Shown here: piece by piece, positions 10,476-22,374 of the stretch
How the letters are laid out: each line of letters starts with the position of its first letter
Position numbering within the stretch: the stretch's first letter is position 1
Assembly: GCA_032718475.1 (NCBI GenBank)
Contig: JAUCBJ010000576.1
Coordinates: 1-64,000, forward strand
Source of the DNA: Nemertoderma westbladi
Lineage: Eukaryota > Animalia > Xenacoelomorpha
Reading direction: 5' to 3'
DNA length: 64,000 nucleotides
Made by a program: the position numbers and the translations under genes
The notes under the pieces: generated by a model
Database searches by the model: none
The model's input: the letters and a program-made list of their open reading frames with translations, nothing else
What the model was told of the DNA's origin: nothing

Positions 10476-10920
10476 TAAAGCTGGGGGGGTGGGAGAGGGG
10501 GTCAATATGACCGGAATCAATAAAAACAGCACTGGACATCTCAAACTTGTACCTTTTGGTGATGGGTACGAAATTTGGTGCTAGCACCAAAATTTGCCAT
10601 ATTACGCCGAAAAATACTGTACGATTAGCAATGCTCTTGCAAATTAGAAATCTATTCCATTAGAATCAGCGCCTCAGAAAACCTGGAAATATGAATTTAT
10701 AGCATCGTATAAGTGAATTAAAAATTTTGAGTTCTAACTGAAATGTGCTGGTTACTAGTTTTTTATCATTTTTTGCCTACGCAGAGGACTAAAACAGCCA
10801 TTTATACTAATCAGATTATTTTCAAATATTTTCCAATGGACTTTACGCACCAGAAAACCTGTATTGAAAAACAATTAGCCGAAAATTGTAACTTGCAAAT
10901 TTTATGAAAATTGTTCACTA
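10476..10920. mobile_element. Remnant of a non-autonomous DNA element resembling the piggyBac-type MITE at 15665
   Basis: TTAA followed by a G-run; aaatttggtgctagcaccaaaattt and gaatcagcgcctcagaaaacct motifs resemble internal motifs at 15.8-16.6 kb and 54.3-54.8 kb; no matching second end found. Confidence 0.4.
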
Positions 10921-11073
10921 CTTGTAATTATGGTGCTGCAAAATAACCACCCCAGACCCTTTTGACCCTAAACCTTTTTCGAAATTAAAGTAAGAAGTAG
11001 TAACACCAAAGCCAAAGCAGTAGTAAGTTACACTCGTAAGTTCCTTCACTAAGTATTGACACGATATAGAGAT

Positions 11074-11776
11074 GGATAGGTGGAATTTGTGACAATACCT
11101 AAAAACGGGACAGTCAAAAAAATGGTTGACCATTATCAAAATTGGCCAAAAATAACGTGAATACAGTAATAGTAGATCACAGTCCTAAAAGTAATTCTGC
11201 CAAGTTTCAGCTCCGCATATCGCCGGCAATTCGTAGGAAAACAGTCAAACGTATGGGGACAACACACAAAGTGTCCGTACAACACTCTAAATGATGAATT
11301 GTGTTTGTCGATCTGCCGCGGAGTGTTTGATGACTAATAAACAAAACATGACAGCATCAGAGTGTCATAAGTAGGCCTATACTATATTTCTTACAGAACT
11401 AGGTTGGCTAGCACTTCCGTACCTACTGAAATACAACCCACACGTAGATTAATACTTTAATACGCCAGGCCAGACGCCAGTCTGCCTGTCATTAATTTTT
11501 ATACTGAATGTTAGCTTAGCGCACGGCTGTACTCCGGTACATGTCGGGTAGGCATATTTCCGGACATTTTGTGTGTTGTCACCAGATGTTTGACTATTTT
11601 CCTACGACTTGCCGGCGATATACGGAGCTAAACGTGACAGAGTTACTTTTAGGACTGCGACATACTATTTTTCACATTGTTTATGGCCATTTTTTGTTGA
11701 TAATGGTCAACCATATTTTTGACTGTGGCTGACTTTTGTCACCGTTTTTAGGACTTGTCACAAATTCCCCCTATCC
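11074..11776. mobile_element. Non-autonomous Mutator-like (MULE) element, 703 bp
   Basis: ~200-bp imperfect TIRs beginning GGATAGG (11074 to ~11277 and ~11560 to 11776); perfect 9-bp TSD tatagagat at 11065-11073 and 11777-11785. Confidence 0.88.
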
Positions 11777-11881
11777 TATAGAGATTATTTTACATTATGT
11801 TAAAGTTAGACAATGTATTGTAGTAGACGTGTCTAACTTTCAACAACACTGACAGTATTTATTGTTACTTAAAATTCTTAC

Positions 11882-12053
11882 AGGTGGACTTCCAGGTTTT
11901 GCTGCATTCGTTGCATCATCACTAACAGCGACATAATCGTATGCCTCATTGCTTATTAGATCAACATCTGGTACATCTTCCGCATATTGATCGTTCAACT
12001 GGCAGGTAGGTGGTTTCTTCTTTCGATAGTTGAAGGACTTGCATTTTTTATTG
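11882..12053 (-). CDS. Host gene exon: second half of a PAN/apple domain
   Basis: Acceptor ttacacag (ends 12054) and donor gtaag (11881); in frame with the previous exon: (S)NKKCKSFNYRKKKPPTCQLNDQYAEDVPDVDLISNEAYDYVAVSDDATNAAKPGSPP; CKSFNY...CQLN...YDY is the PAN pattern. Confidence 0.8.
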
Positions 12054-12165
12054 CTGTGTAATACAATAAATTATGACGAATTGCTATATTTTTTTAATAA
12101 ATATAATATTTTACCAAAAAAGAGGAAATCAACTTTTTATTTATTATATTTTAGTATATATTTAC

Positions 12166-12389
12166 CTGAGGCACATACGACTGCAATTTATTCTTGAAAG
12201 AGCTGACTTTGATATATTTCTGATAACATGATTTATCAGCTGATGGTCTTCAGAAGAGCCATGGTAGCCTTCACCGAAGGTGGTGTCTCTATAGCAAGTG
12301 ACACTTGATTTTTCTTCGCCACAGCATACTTGAGGTCTCCAGATCATCAACACACTAATAATTACTACCAACAGATGTTGGTAATTCAT
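12166..12389 (-). CDS. Host gene first coding exon: signal peptide and first half of a PAN/apple domain
   Basis: MNYQHLLVVIISVLMIWRPQVCCG signal-like peptide, then EDHQLINHVIRNI...CSRMCL; donor AG|gtaaat at 12165; 112-bp AT-rich GT-AG intron 12165-12054 keeps the frame. Confidence 0.8.
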
Positions 12390-12800
12390 ACTAAATGTAC
12401 TGCGGCATTCCACATTGTAGAATTATTACCTGCTTAAAAAGCAGGTAATTCTTGAATGAAATAAATTAAATAATTTTAATCATAACCACCTCTGATGGTA
12501 AATATATTCTAATCCATACCCTATTAGGTACACCTCTTGAGTAGAGAGGCCTGCTATTGGTTAAAGGGCTGAATGTTTGGAGGGTTCCAAAAGTGGGTGT
12601 TAGGTTTCACTAGTTGGATTACTACAGATAATTCGGAATTATTATTCAATAAACTAAAAGTTTTCCAAAAGCTGTAAGAAATAGACAAAATGGGGGAATT
12701 GATGCGATGTAAGGATTATTTTTGTATTATATTTAAGGTGAAAAAATATATTATTACACTTTTCGTTTTACACAACTTCAAATATTCGACAATGACGTCC

Positions 12801-13485
12801 TACTACTACTATGATCGGCATGCTGCATTTTAGCTGTGCCGGCTTGTCGACAAAATTGCGCCGCCACAACTCCCTATCACCCATGAAATTTGCTATATCA
12901 TCCGCATCTTCAAGGCCAGTGTCCTTTAAGATGCGTCTCAAGAAAGTCATGGGTTGTCCACCATGCTTATTCACTCCATGAGGCTGCCAAAGTACAAGAG
13001 TATGCTCCTATGCCTCTATGGACTCCCACAGAGGAGTACTGGAACTATTGCTGCTCTAAATAATCGGACCTTAAGTTACCGATTAATTCTCTGTGAAGGA
13101 CTTCCTGAGGACTTTCAAAGTTAACTGTCAAAATTTTGGTCTTTTTGGAGTTAATAAAAAGATCAACACTAGAAGCAGCCTGTTCTAATGAGCTGAGGAG
13201 CCGTTGGGCTCCCTCTAGTGATTCTGAGAGTACTCCTAAGTCATCTAAAGTCATCTAGAACAGTTAGGTACTTGGCAGGATTTCCTCAACTTGTGGAGCC
13301 AGTAGGTGGAGTTACCATCATTCCCATCATCATTATGATAATCTAAGGACATGCGTAGAACATAGTCAACCACAATTATGAACAAGAATGGCACAAGTGT
13401 GTCTCCTTGGAGGACTCCCCATAATACTTCAAATGGTACTGTGTCACCATCAACAGTAGACACAAATGTTGTCGAACCATCGTAT
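12801..13485 (-). mobile_element. RTE-clade LINE 3' fragment, rearranged
   Basis: Near-identical to parts of 61400-62453; GVLQGDTL motif; same (TAG)n tail at 12801-12811. Confidence 0.9.
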
Positions 13486-13489
13486 TTCA

Positions 13490-15445
13490 TGCTAAGAAAA
13501 CCAGTAACTATGATGCCGAAATCCACCATCTCCATCCACCATTATATGGAATTCCGGACCATCAGGATTTCGTTCTACTCGGTTAACATTATGTGATGAA
13601 ACCCGAGGATCCTGCCTGCAGTATGGATTCTCTACGATGTCACGGTGTCACGATGTCACGATGTCACTATCCCCTCGATGTCACGGAAATCGAACCCCTG
13701 CAGAAGCATGTAGATCACATAATCAAACTGAACACCTTTCATAAACCCTTTAACATACAACAATCAAGGATAGCACCCCCTCAGAATCTCAGTAACTTCA
13801 TTAGTGATCGATTGATTCACTGGAACATCGACATACGACTCCGGGAGGATAAACTCTCTACCACGATGAAAGGAAAATTCGTCGTAGAAAAATGTCCAAA
13901 GCTACAAATCAGTAGTCATCGCCCAAGGCTCCATTGGATCCCTCGATAGCTTATGGACACCGGTTGAAGTGGACAAAACTGTTGCATATCTCGACTTCAA
14001 CAACATGCTTGAGATTATCCAACAGTATGGTGTGATGCTATACGACAATGAAGGTTCCGTCTCGAACGATGAACTCGGTACTACCCGATTAATACATATC
14101 CGTGGTTTAACTGGAGCCACTCATGTATTCACGCGAACCTCCCGTAGCGCTGATGCATCTTTCACCCCTCCCTCCTTCCAGAAAATGCTACCTCGACATG
14201 GACAGTTTGAGAAGTCCTATCAATACATAATTGAAACCAAGCGTCACCCTGCGCTAGGCATCGAGCCCTCCATGTTGCCACAACCAGTTCTCGATCTATT
14301 GCTCAATGAACTAAAAAACAGTAAACTTGGTTCGGCAATATATCCCGACTTGTACAAGGATTTTGACTCCTTGTTAGATATTCCTTACCTCTCTCCGGAC
14401 ACGCAAATTATCCTCCTGTGGGCCCAGGAGCATGGCTTTTTCTGTGTCATTTACGAACGCGTAGGAAACGGAATGCGCAGAGCCGAACGTACCGGCATCG
14501 GACACATTTCATTCCATGAATTCGGCTGGAATTCTGTTATTTAAATCTATACGGTGATAATTATTCCCGTTACTACTTCAACGGTCCTCTGACCGCTCCC
14601 GGTGTTGTTTACTCCAATATTAGTGTCCCTCTACAGCCTTCTCTTGCCATTTATATGATTTATGAGAACTCTGCTGTATCAGGTTGGTTGGCCAATACTT
14701 GTAGTAGGACTCTGAGGTCTCACCACTTACTTCTCGGCACCCAGCTTGCCAAAGTTAACCATGAAGGGAAGTTCCAAAGTTTCGAATGTTTTCGAAGGTT
14801 TTTATTCCCTTTCTTCGGTATCGATAGTCAGTTCCGTGATCCCATTCTGAAGGGACAGGTAAATAAGCGTTTCTCTGTTTTCGAGGACCTAAACCGAAAG
14901 GGTTTTGCCATATATATGTAAGGATGTATGCGTTAAAAATCTGCATTCCACTATTCTAGAACGCCCCATCCTCAAGTCCGGGTATTTGGTTTCGATTGTC
15001 CAAACCTCGGATAAGCAATTAGCTTCCTATTTGAATGATTCTGCGGTAGACGACGTCTTGGAATCCAAATCCGTCAATCCCACCTCTGAGTCAGATGATG
15101 ACGGTGAGTTTATTATACCATGGCACCTTGGACCACAAACATTAATGAGATTCGCCTTCCGTTCGGCCGTATCACCAGGTCGGAAGTGCTGCATCCAATG
15201 TGGTTCCCGTGCGCATAAAGCGCCACCTACCGGCGAGATTTGCCAAACGTATTCGCAATGTTTGGACCTACCCCTTCATTGTCCGTATTGTAGATTATTT
15301 AATGACCACACGTTTTTCAATTGTCCGCAATTCTCGGAACAGTGTGATAAATGTCTACTGAAGGGACATTATCCAGGCTCTTGCCCCTTTGACTTGACAC
15401 AACGGGACGATGAAACCTCCCTCTTAAAGTATATTAACCCTATTA
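13490..15445 (+). pseudogene. Accessory exonuclease/zinc-knuckle ORF, copy A (frameshifted), 5' part
   Basis: ORFs 13593, 13969, 14655 and 14905 are colinear homologues of 59052-60674, 58511-59068 and 57046-58518 (YDNEG, HIRGL, MLPQPVL, FECFR); knuckles CIQCGSRAH, CPYCRLFNDHTFFNC, CDKCLLKGHYPGSC. Confidence 0.85.
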
Positions 15446-15664
15446 ACGACTGCAGAGAGTGGGAGGTGAGAGAGGTGAACGAGCGTAGAGAGTGGGATAC
15501 AAGGGAAGCAGAGTTAGCTGATCAGAGTATTAGAGAGGATAGAGAAAGGGAGAGGGTGGGTAAATGTATGCGGGATGATATGCATACCCAGTTGAGGGGT
15601 GTTAATGCAATATCAGGCATATTTATGAGGAACCAGGGGTGATGGAAACCTTTGTTAACCTTAA

Positions 15665-16970
15665 CCCTATTACCACTGGGGGGGGGGGGGCGAATCGGCC
15701 CCTTCCTAGTTTTTAGTTGCTGTAACTATGCAACCACATTACGTACCGGCCCAATTTTTTGTGAGAATTAGCCAAATTTAATGCCGCTTCTTTTGCAAAA
15801 AACGCCGTTGCAATTGGATTTCTACTATTCGATGTGGGTGCCACCTCAAAATTTGGTCTCCAGCACCAAATTTTTGGAAATTTTCGAATTTTACAAAGTC
15901 ATTCGTGATTTAGTAATTATTTATGTTTGGGCTATTTTTATTTATTTTTATTGGTTTGGATCACTCTAATGCTCTATACAAGTATGTAAGTGTAGTGGTA
16001 CGTCATTTTTGGAGCACCAAATTTAGGGCGTGGCACTTTAAAATTTCAAAATTACTTTATTCGGAAAATTAACTTAAGTTCTGATTTCGAAGCATTTTTA
16101 TTGGTTTTCTGGAGCGCTGAATCGATTAAAAGTAGTATAGAAGCCTACTTAGTGGTTCGCCATTTTTGGTGCACCAAAATTAGGGCGTGGCACTTCAAAT
16201 TTTGAAAAATACGAGATTCGGAAAATACACTAAAGTGTTTTGATTTGCAAAGCATTTTTATAGGTTTTCTGGAGCGCTGAATCGATTGAAAGTAATATAG
16301 AAGCCTCAAATAATCCTTTGTGTACGTAATTTTCGGTGCACCAAAATTAGGGCGTGGCACTTCAAATTTTCAAAATTACTTTATTCGGAAAAAACACATT
16401 GATTTCAAAAAATGGCTAACTTCTAAGTCTTCAGGCTTCTATATTACTTTCAATCGATTCAGCGGTCTGGAAAACCTACCGGTATATAAATTCGTTAAAA
16501 TTTCAATTTTGGTTTATTTTCCGAATCTCGTATTTTTCAAAATTTGAAGTGCCACGCCCACTTCTTAGGTGCACGAAAAATAGCATCCACTTCAATTTTT
16601 GGAAGTGGAATATAATCACATTCGATTCAGCGTCTTGAAAAACCTACTAAATCTAGCCAACACTGCCACACTATTAGTTTTTAGAAAACGAAAAATTTTG
16701 TAATTTTGTCCTGGGACTACTTTTATTTTTCATCAAAATTATGATTCCCTGCTTATGAAATTTTAACTTTTTAAGGTTTGAAAATTGAAAGTTGAAATTT
16801 TAACTTTTTAAGGTTTAAGGTTTTGTTCATCTATAGTTGTTTCACCAACAGCCCAAATTTTGTAGGATTTCATTGGACGACTACAAAAATATAGTGGGTG
16901 GGACGAATCGCCCCCCCCCCCCCCCCCCCCCAGTGGTGCTAATGGTCAAAACACCCCAGTGGTAATAGGG
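15665..16970. mobile_element. Non-autonomous piggyBac-type element, 1306 bp
   Basis: TTAA TSD at 15661-15664 and 16971-16974; 17-bp TIR CCCTATTACCACTGGGG; subterminal G/C runs; internal direct and inverted repeats. Confidence 0.92.
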
Positions 16971-17222
16971 TTAAAGGACATTGGCATTGGCACCATCACC
17001 ACAAGACTCCAATTATGGTTACGAGTAGGGATGTCCCGGAATTCCGTTCCGGTCGGAATTCCGGCGGTTTTTGACTGAGTCCGGTTCCAGCCGGAATTTC
17101 CGGAATGGGGTCAATTCCGGCCGGAATTTTACCGGAATTGCAAGGTTTGTATCTAGTTTGATAGTTGAAATTAGTTTGTTAAATTATTATTAACATTTGT
17201 ATATTTTTTAAACATTATTACC

Positions 17223-19110
17223 TATATGGAAGAGACGGTAACAATACCTGCAATATCCTACTGTAAAGTTTGTGAATCAAATCATAAAGCCGACCTTCTC
17301 ACCAAAACAGTAAACTCTAAGTAAGCGAATATATTGCAGTATCGATCTCTTATAACCGGTGAGGCAGAAAACAGTCTACGAGCAGACAAACTTCGATAAA
17401 ACAAAATCCCGCGCAGCGAATCCTAAAATCAGGCTGACTCACTGACGGACTAAGGGGCTCGTATACTTTGCCGCGGTGTGATTTATATGGTTGGGCGAAG
17501 AGACGCTAGCTAGGTACAGAGGCAGAAATTTGGAGATGTCTAACTAGCGGGCAAAGCACAGTACGGACGAAAGTTAATTTTATATATTTTGAGGTGTAAA
17601 TAATTTCTAACGCGCGTGTGTTAATTCTGAACGGTCAAAAGCAGTTTTGCTCCTTCACATATATAATTACTGGGTACGGTGTGCATTTTACGAATATTCT
17701 AATTTTGTAACTTGTAGGTCCAATACTCACGAATGATAAGGTTCCTTCCCCTCTTGCGTATTTCCAGGACTCAAATTCAGGCATAAGGTTAATGCTACGC
17801 CCAGAATTCGGCAATTTTAGGTACCAGGTCCCTGATACTAAGAAGAGATGTGTTAGTTTACTACAGTAGGCGTACAGTTACTAATAGCTATCCTGGCGTC
17901 CTATCTAGAATTTTAGTCACCCAGGTAGTCCGGGTAACTTCCTATCAGGGCGTTGGCGGGGACACGGTAGATGTTAGTATATCCCTAATAGCCTCAATTT
18001 ATTTGCGCCTAGTTGTAAACTGCCCTACCGCCTGAACGGTACAATCCCAATTCAGGTGAAAACACAACAACCTTCCTAGCCTACAAGTTCTAATGCAATG
18101 GACACCGTTGTACGGTAAATAGTCACAGACGCACCTGTACTTAGCAAGAGTTAAGCGTACAGTTTGCTGCACCCTAACCATTTGTATGCCTTGTACCGGT
18201 GTGCCCACGTCCTATTTGCGTACTAGTATCTCTGCTCTCTCCCTCCCCCCGTAGGAATATGAAGGTCTACTGTGGTTTTTTCCTGAATCAAGACAGTACA
18301 GTCCCTAAGATGTAATTTTAGGCTCACAGCGTGTCACTACTTCTACCTTTTGATCTTTGGTCTTACGCTTAGGTAGCGAGGTGTCGAACGCTGTCTAACC
18401 TTTCAGGCGATGGGCGAATAACTCAAGATGGTATTGCGGGTTGTCTCTTGTCTACATTCCCCCGATGTTCCCGTTCATTGCTGCGGCCCGATCTCTAGCC
18501 GGCCATCCTGTCCTTAACTTTGTTCACCGTAGTGAATCATGGTAAAACAGATAAAAAGGCGGATTAGCGATAATTCTGACTTTATTACAGAAGATTATAA
18601 TAATATGTACAATGTAATCTGAAATAAACTAAGCACGACAGAATTGAAGTGATGTGTGTGAGAATATTGATAACTAATGAACAAATCGCACCTTTATATA
18701 GCAAATTTGTGCTGCAATCAATCGAGAAAATTCTCGATTGTTCTATAGGTTCTAACAGGTTTTTAAAGATAGCTATTGGTCCAGCTAATATATAACTTGC
18801 ACGACATTGGTTACAATCAAATAACTACAGTCTCATTGGTACAGACAAATGCAATTAATTTGTAGCGGTCAATTTAAATGAGTTGAAATTCTGTACAAAA
18901 AATAATTCGCACTTACTAGGATTCGAACTCAATACCTACTACACATATAATTTTCAACGCTCTACCGACTGAGCTACTGAACCACTTGACCAATAGGCGT
19001 ACGATAGATATAACAAATACAAATGAGGACTCAAAGCAATCTTTTACAAAGTTAATTCGAATAAAATAAAATTTTGAAAATCCACGGCATTTAGGGAATA
19101 TAATTCTATA
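17223..19110 (-). repeat. BEL-2 3' LTR
   Basis: Direct repeat of 32805-34692 (only four substitutions noticed by eye); preceded on the minus strand by short PPT GGAGCGG (19117-19111). Confidence 0.95.
18897..18983 (-). ncRNA. tRNA-derived Pol III-type unit inside the LTR (A box, B box, T6 terminator)
   Basis: Minus strand GGTTCAGTAGCTCAGTCGGTAGAGCG...GAGTTCGAATCCTAG...TTTTTT; D-arm intact, acceptor and anticodon stems not. Confidence 0.6.
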
Positions 19111-19379
19111 CCGCTCCATGAAAACAGGATATTATCGTGCATAAAATATACGGTTTTCACCAATAATCAATCAAACTATAGAATACTTAGGGCGTACTTA
19201 CATATTTACAATTAAATTTCAAACAATGCTTCCTTTCTACGTAATGATTCGATACAAAAATAGTTACAAATTCAAACTTTACGTAATTAAGGCTTTACTA
19301 AGTAAGTACAATATAAATCTAAATTAAATTCACCAATATAAATCTATTGCATCTCAATATTGCATAAATTCAAACAATT

Positions 19380-20000
19380 ACAAATACAAATAAATGAAAA
19401 CAATAAGAAAGGCTCGCGAGTCTTCCATCTACTATTGCATCTCAAATATTGCATAAATTCAAATAATTACAAATACTTTCGTACCTAAATGTAGATTGCA
19501 TAAGTTCGGAATAATTACAAATATGAGTCTTTCTAAGCACAAAACTTTCTAACTATAAAACTTTCTAAATACAAAATATAACACTTTACAAATAAAACTA
19601 TAAGAAAGGCCCACGAGTCTTCCATCTACTCTTACTTTCTGTTTCACTGTAAATACTGCCTATAAAATGTAAATTGCATAATATTCGGAACAATATAAAT
19701 TGCATAAGTTCGGAATAATCACAAATATAAAATATAAATTCTTACAAAATATAAATCTTACTAAATATAAGTCTTACTAAATATAGATATAAACTGCATA
19801 AGTTTAGAATAATATAAACTCCTTTACATCTCAAATATGAAACATAAATCTTTCAATGTAAGTTCCTTCTAAATACAAACTTTCTAAATTTCATAAATTC
19901 GGAACAATACAAATTGTATAAGTTCGGATAAATATAAAATATATAACTCAAATAAATCACAAATTCACAAGAAAGGCTCACGAGTCTTCCGTCCACCCTT
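19380..20000. repeat. AT-rich degenerate tandem repeats in the BEL-2 3' UTR
   Basis: Recurrent ttgcataagttcggaataat-like units and three copies of aagaaaggctcgcgagtcttcc. Confidence 0.75.
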
Positions 20001-20010
20001 GCCCTCCCTT

Positions 20011-21672
20011 TTATCGCTTAGTTGATCGAGCCCTGCCGCGTCCTCGAAAACTGCGCACAGGTGACTTTGCTCGCGATATGGGACTAATGGGGCGAGTCAC
20101 TGGTTTACTTGGGACGTTGAGAGACGGTGCGACTATTTCATCGCAAATTCGTCTATTTGGCATCCCAAAACCTCGACCGATTCCTCGTGACCGATCAGTT
20201 GTCACTACAGTTGGTAGAACGTCTGGGAACGCGCGAGAAGCGGACGACGCAGACCCAAGAGTAGCTTGCGCCCCCTGTTGATCAGCTGGTGTATGTCCCG
20301 ATCCTCCTACTGGTTCTCTTGGAAGCGATACCGTATCCCGAGTAACTCGAATGGTCGGCTCAACTCCCTTGCGTTCTTCTATATTAATAATTTTCTTTAA
20401 TTGTTGGCCCACTTTCTGGACCCGTATGATCCTACCCTGTCCGTCCTCCCGAGGGTGACGTGCAGACGGCGCAACCGGAGTGGCTGGTATATTTGTCGCC
20501 TCTAGGACCTCTTCTTCCTCGAATACGCTCGCTCGTATACGTTTATGGTAAAACGCGGCTCGGTACGCCCATGCGACGGTTAACCAAGCTCCTTTATTCC
20601 GCTTTTCAGTTCGGAAACGATCGAATTCACCATACGTGATGCGATTAACGACTTTCTGAAAATTCCACGTGTTTTTGTTATCCGGGTGAATCTGTAGTAG
20701 ATACTCGCGCACCACTCGGAATCCACTGTCGTGGGGCAAAATATCGACTACCTCGATAAGTTCGTCATATTGGGGCATAGCGGAGATGTATCCTTCCGAC
20801 ATCATCGTTTGGGGATTTACCGCCCAAAATCCGAGATGCGCTCTCATCGGAAACCGTCTTCTTTGTGCCGATACATGTTCGTCGGCTAAATCTTCCCACT
20901 CATCAAATAACTTCCTCACGAGTTTTACAGATTCGTGTTCATAAGGTATGTCTCTCAGTTGGCATTCAGATGCTCGATGCCCTTTTATATTGCAATAAGT
21001 ACATTGAGCCATAAATCTCCAGCAAGTATAAAAGGTATGAGACCCTTGATCCCCACACCATCCACAGATTAGCTGAGTCGTAGTAATGTGCTTTCCACTG
21101 CACTTTGTCATATGATGTCCAGCGACGCCACATTTACCACACATCGTGTTGGCAGGGTACCACACTCGTTCGTATATAAGATCTCCAATCGGTCGAGCGC
21201 TTCCTCCCACACTATAATCTGAATCATCTCGATCTATGGGTTGATAGGTTTCTGAAGGTTGTATACAAACTATAGCATCTGTTGCTTCAAGTTGTCGAAT
21301 CTCCGTCTGAGATTTCTTCGGGAGGTTCCTTTCTATCTCAAGAAGTTCCTCTAAAGGATCGTCAGTGATCGTAGTGGTTACTTCGAAATCATCACCAAGG
21401 TGACCGATAGGCGCGCGCGTCTGCCGTGATTCATCCGTAATCTCCACGATACGTTCTCCTTCATAGGGTAACAATGTAAACATAGATGGTCTTTCGATAA
21501 GAGATCCCGCACAGCGAAGATACACGTCTCGAAATATGCTAAATCCTGCTCGAGTAAAGGCATTGCTGTCTTTGCGAGCTTCGCTGTACTTTCCGATAAT
21601 TCCTTTATACCAAATATAGTGTAGTCCTTGGCTCCAAATCTTTCGAATGGCGCTGCTGCCTCCTCTTGGATA
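20011..21672 (-). CDS. BEL-2 accessory ORF3 (env position): triple CCHC zinc-knuckle protein with basic tail, homologous to the C-terminal half of the exonuclease ORF
   Basis: Frame open from 21672 (track start 21525); AGFSIFRDVY vs AGFAIFKDVC, CTYCNIKGHRASEC vs CHHCQFKGHASFDC, WEDLADEH vs WEANADLH compared with 57046-58518; true start unknown (ATG at 21713 is in another frame). Confidence 0.8.
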   Translation of the reverse strand, partial: YPRGGSSAIRKIWSQGLHYIWYKGIIGKYSEARKDSNAFTRAGFSIFRDVYLRCAGSLIERPSMFTLLPYEGERIVEITDESRQTRAPIGHLGDDFEVTTTITDDPLEELLEIERNLPKKSQTEIRQLEATDAIVCIQPSETYQPIDRDDSDYSVGGSARPIGDLIYERVWYPANTMCGKCGVAGHHMTKCSGKHITTTQLICGWCGDQGSHTFYTCWRFMAQCTYCNIKGHRASECQLRDIPYEHESVKLVRKLFDEWEDLADEHVSAQRRRFPMRAHLGFWAVNPQTMMSEGYISAMPQYDELIEVVDILPHDSGFRVVREYLLQIHPDNKNTWNFQKVVNRITYGEFDRFRTEKRNKGAWLTVAWAYRAAFYHKRIRASVFEEEEVLEATNIPATPVAPSARHPREDGQGRIIRVQKVGQQLKKIINIEERKGVEPTIRVTRDTVSLPREPVGGSGHTPADQQGAQATLGSASSASRAFPDVLPTVVTTDRSRGIGRGFGMPNRRICDEIVAPSLNVPSKPVTRPISPISRAKSPVRSFRGRGRARSTKR

Positions 21673-22374
21673 TCATATCCCCATCTCGGCTCTCCTTGTA
21701 TCCCTTTCTCCATAATTAGGGGTGTAGTTACATAATCATTACTACTAGAGGGAATACAACAGAGTTTGTAGTTAGTTGTGAGGAGACGTGAGAGTTTCGT
21801 CTGCCCTTTGGGCTCGACAACGCTCTAACCTCCTACCCATAGCCTAAGATCTAGGGTTTCTTTAATGACACGCTGCTTCTTATCTAAAATTTTTTGCCGA
21901 AATAAAAACGAATTTGGGCTAAACTGGCTGTGAGTCTAAAATACTCACTTTTTGATCCCAAACTATTATCAGAAAATAAGCAATCAAGAATTAGTAATAA
22001 ATATAGGGGAGTCTATTATTTGACGTAACTTATTGAAACAAGACCGTGTAAAATTTAATTAAAATTTTAAGAAAGGCTCGCAAGTCTTCCTCTCTTGTTT
22101 CTCTAATTTTAAGTTCCACCCGACTGTACCCTGAAATCTATTCACTGGAGAAAATTTTAAAAAATTTTCAAATCCAAATGGATTGTCTAAATTTTCGAAA
22201 ATGTCTCAATATTGTGAGTTCCAAGTAGAATTCCATTTCTTATACCTACAAATCCCGCTCCTATGTGACACATAAGGGTACTACCCTCAATGTTCACATA
22301 TAAAGACAATGGAATTCTACCGCTGTCCTTACTACGGTGTACAGGTACGTGGAAATCTATTTGTAAACTCCTAA

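Noticed and set aside
15450-15642. E/R-rich C-terminus of ORF 14905-15642 as part of the accessory protein
   Set aside because: Homology to copy B stops near 15445; the tail is read-through into unrelated GA-rich sequence
18911-18983. Functional tRNA gene
   Set aside because: Acceptor and anticodon stems do not pair; only the A/B boxes and D-arm remain, so it is reported as tRNA-derived
20011-21525. Envelope gene
   Set aside because: No signal peptide or transmembrane segment; it has zinc knuckles instead
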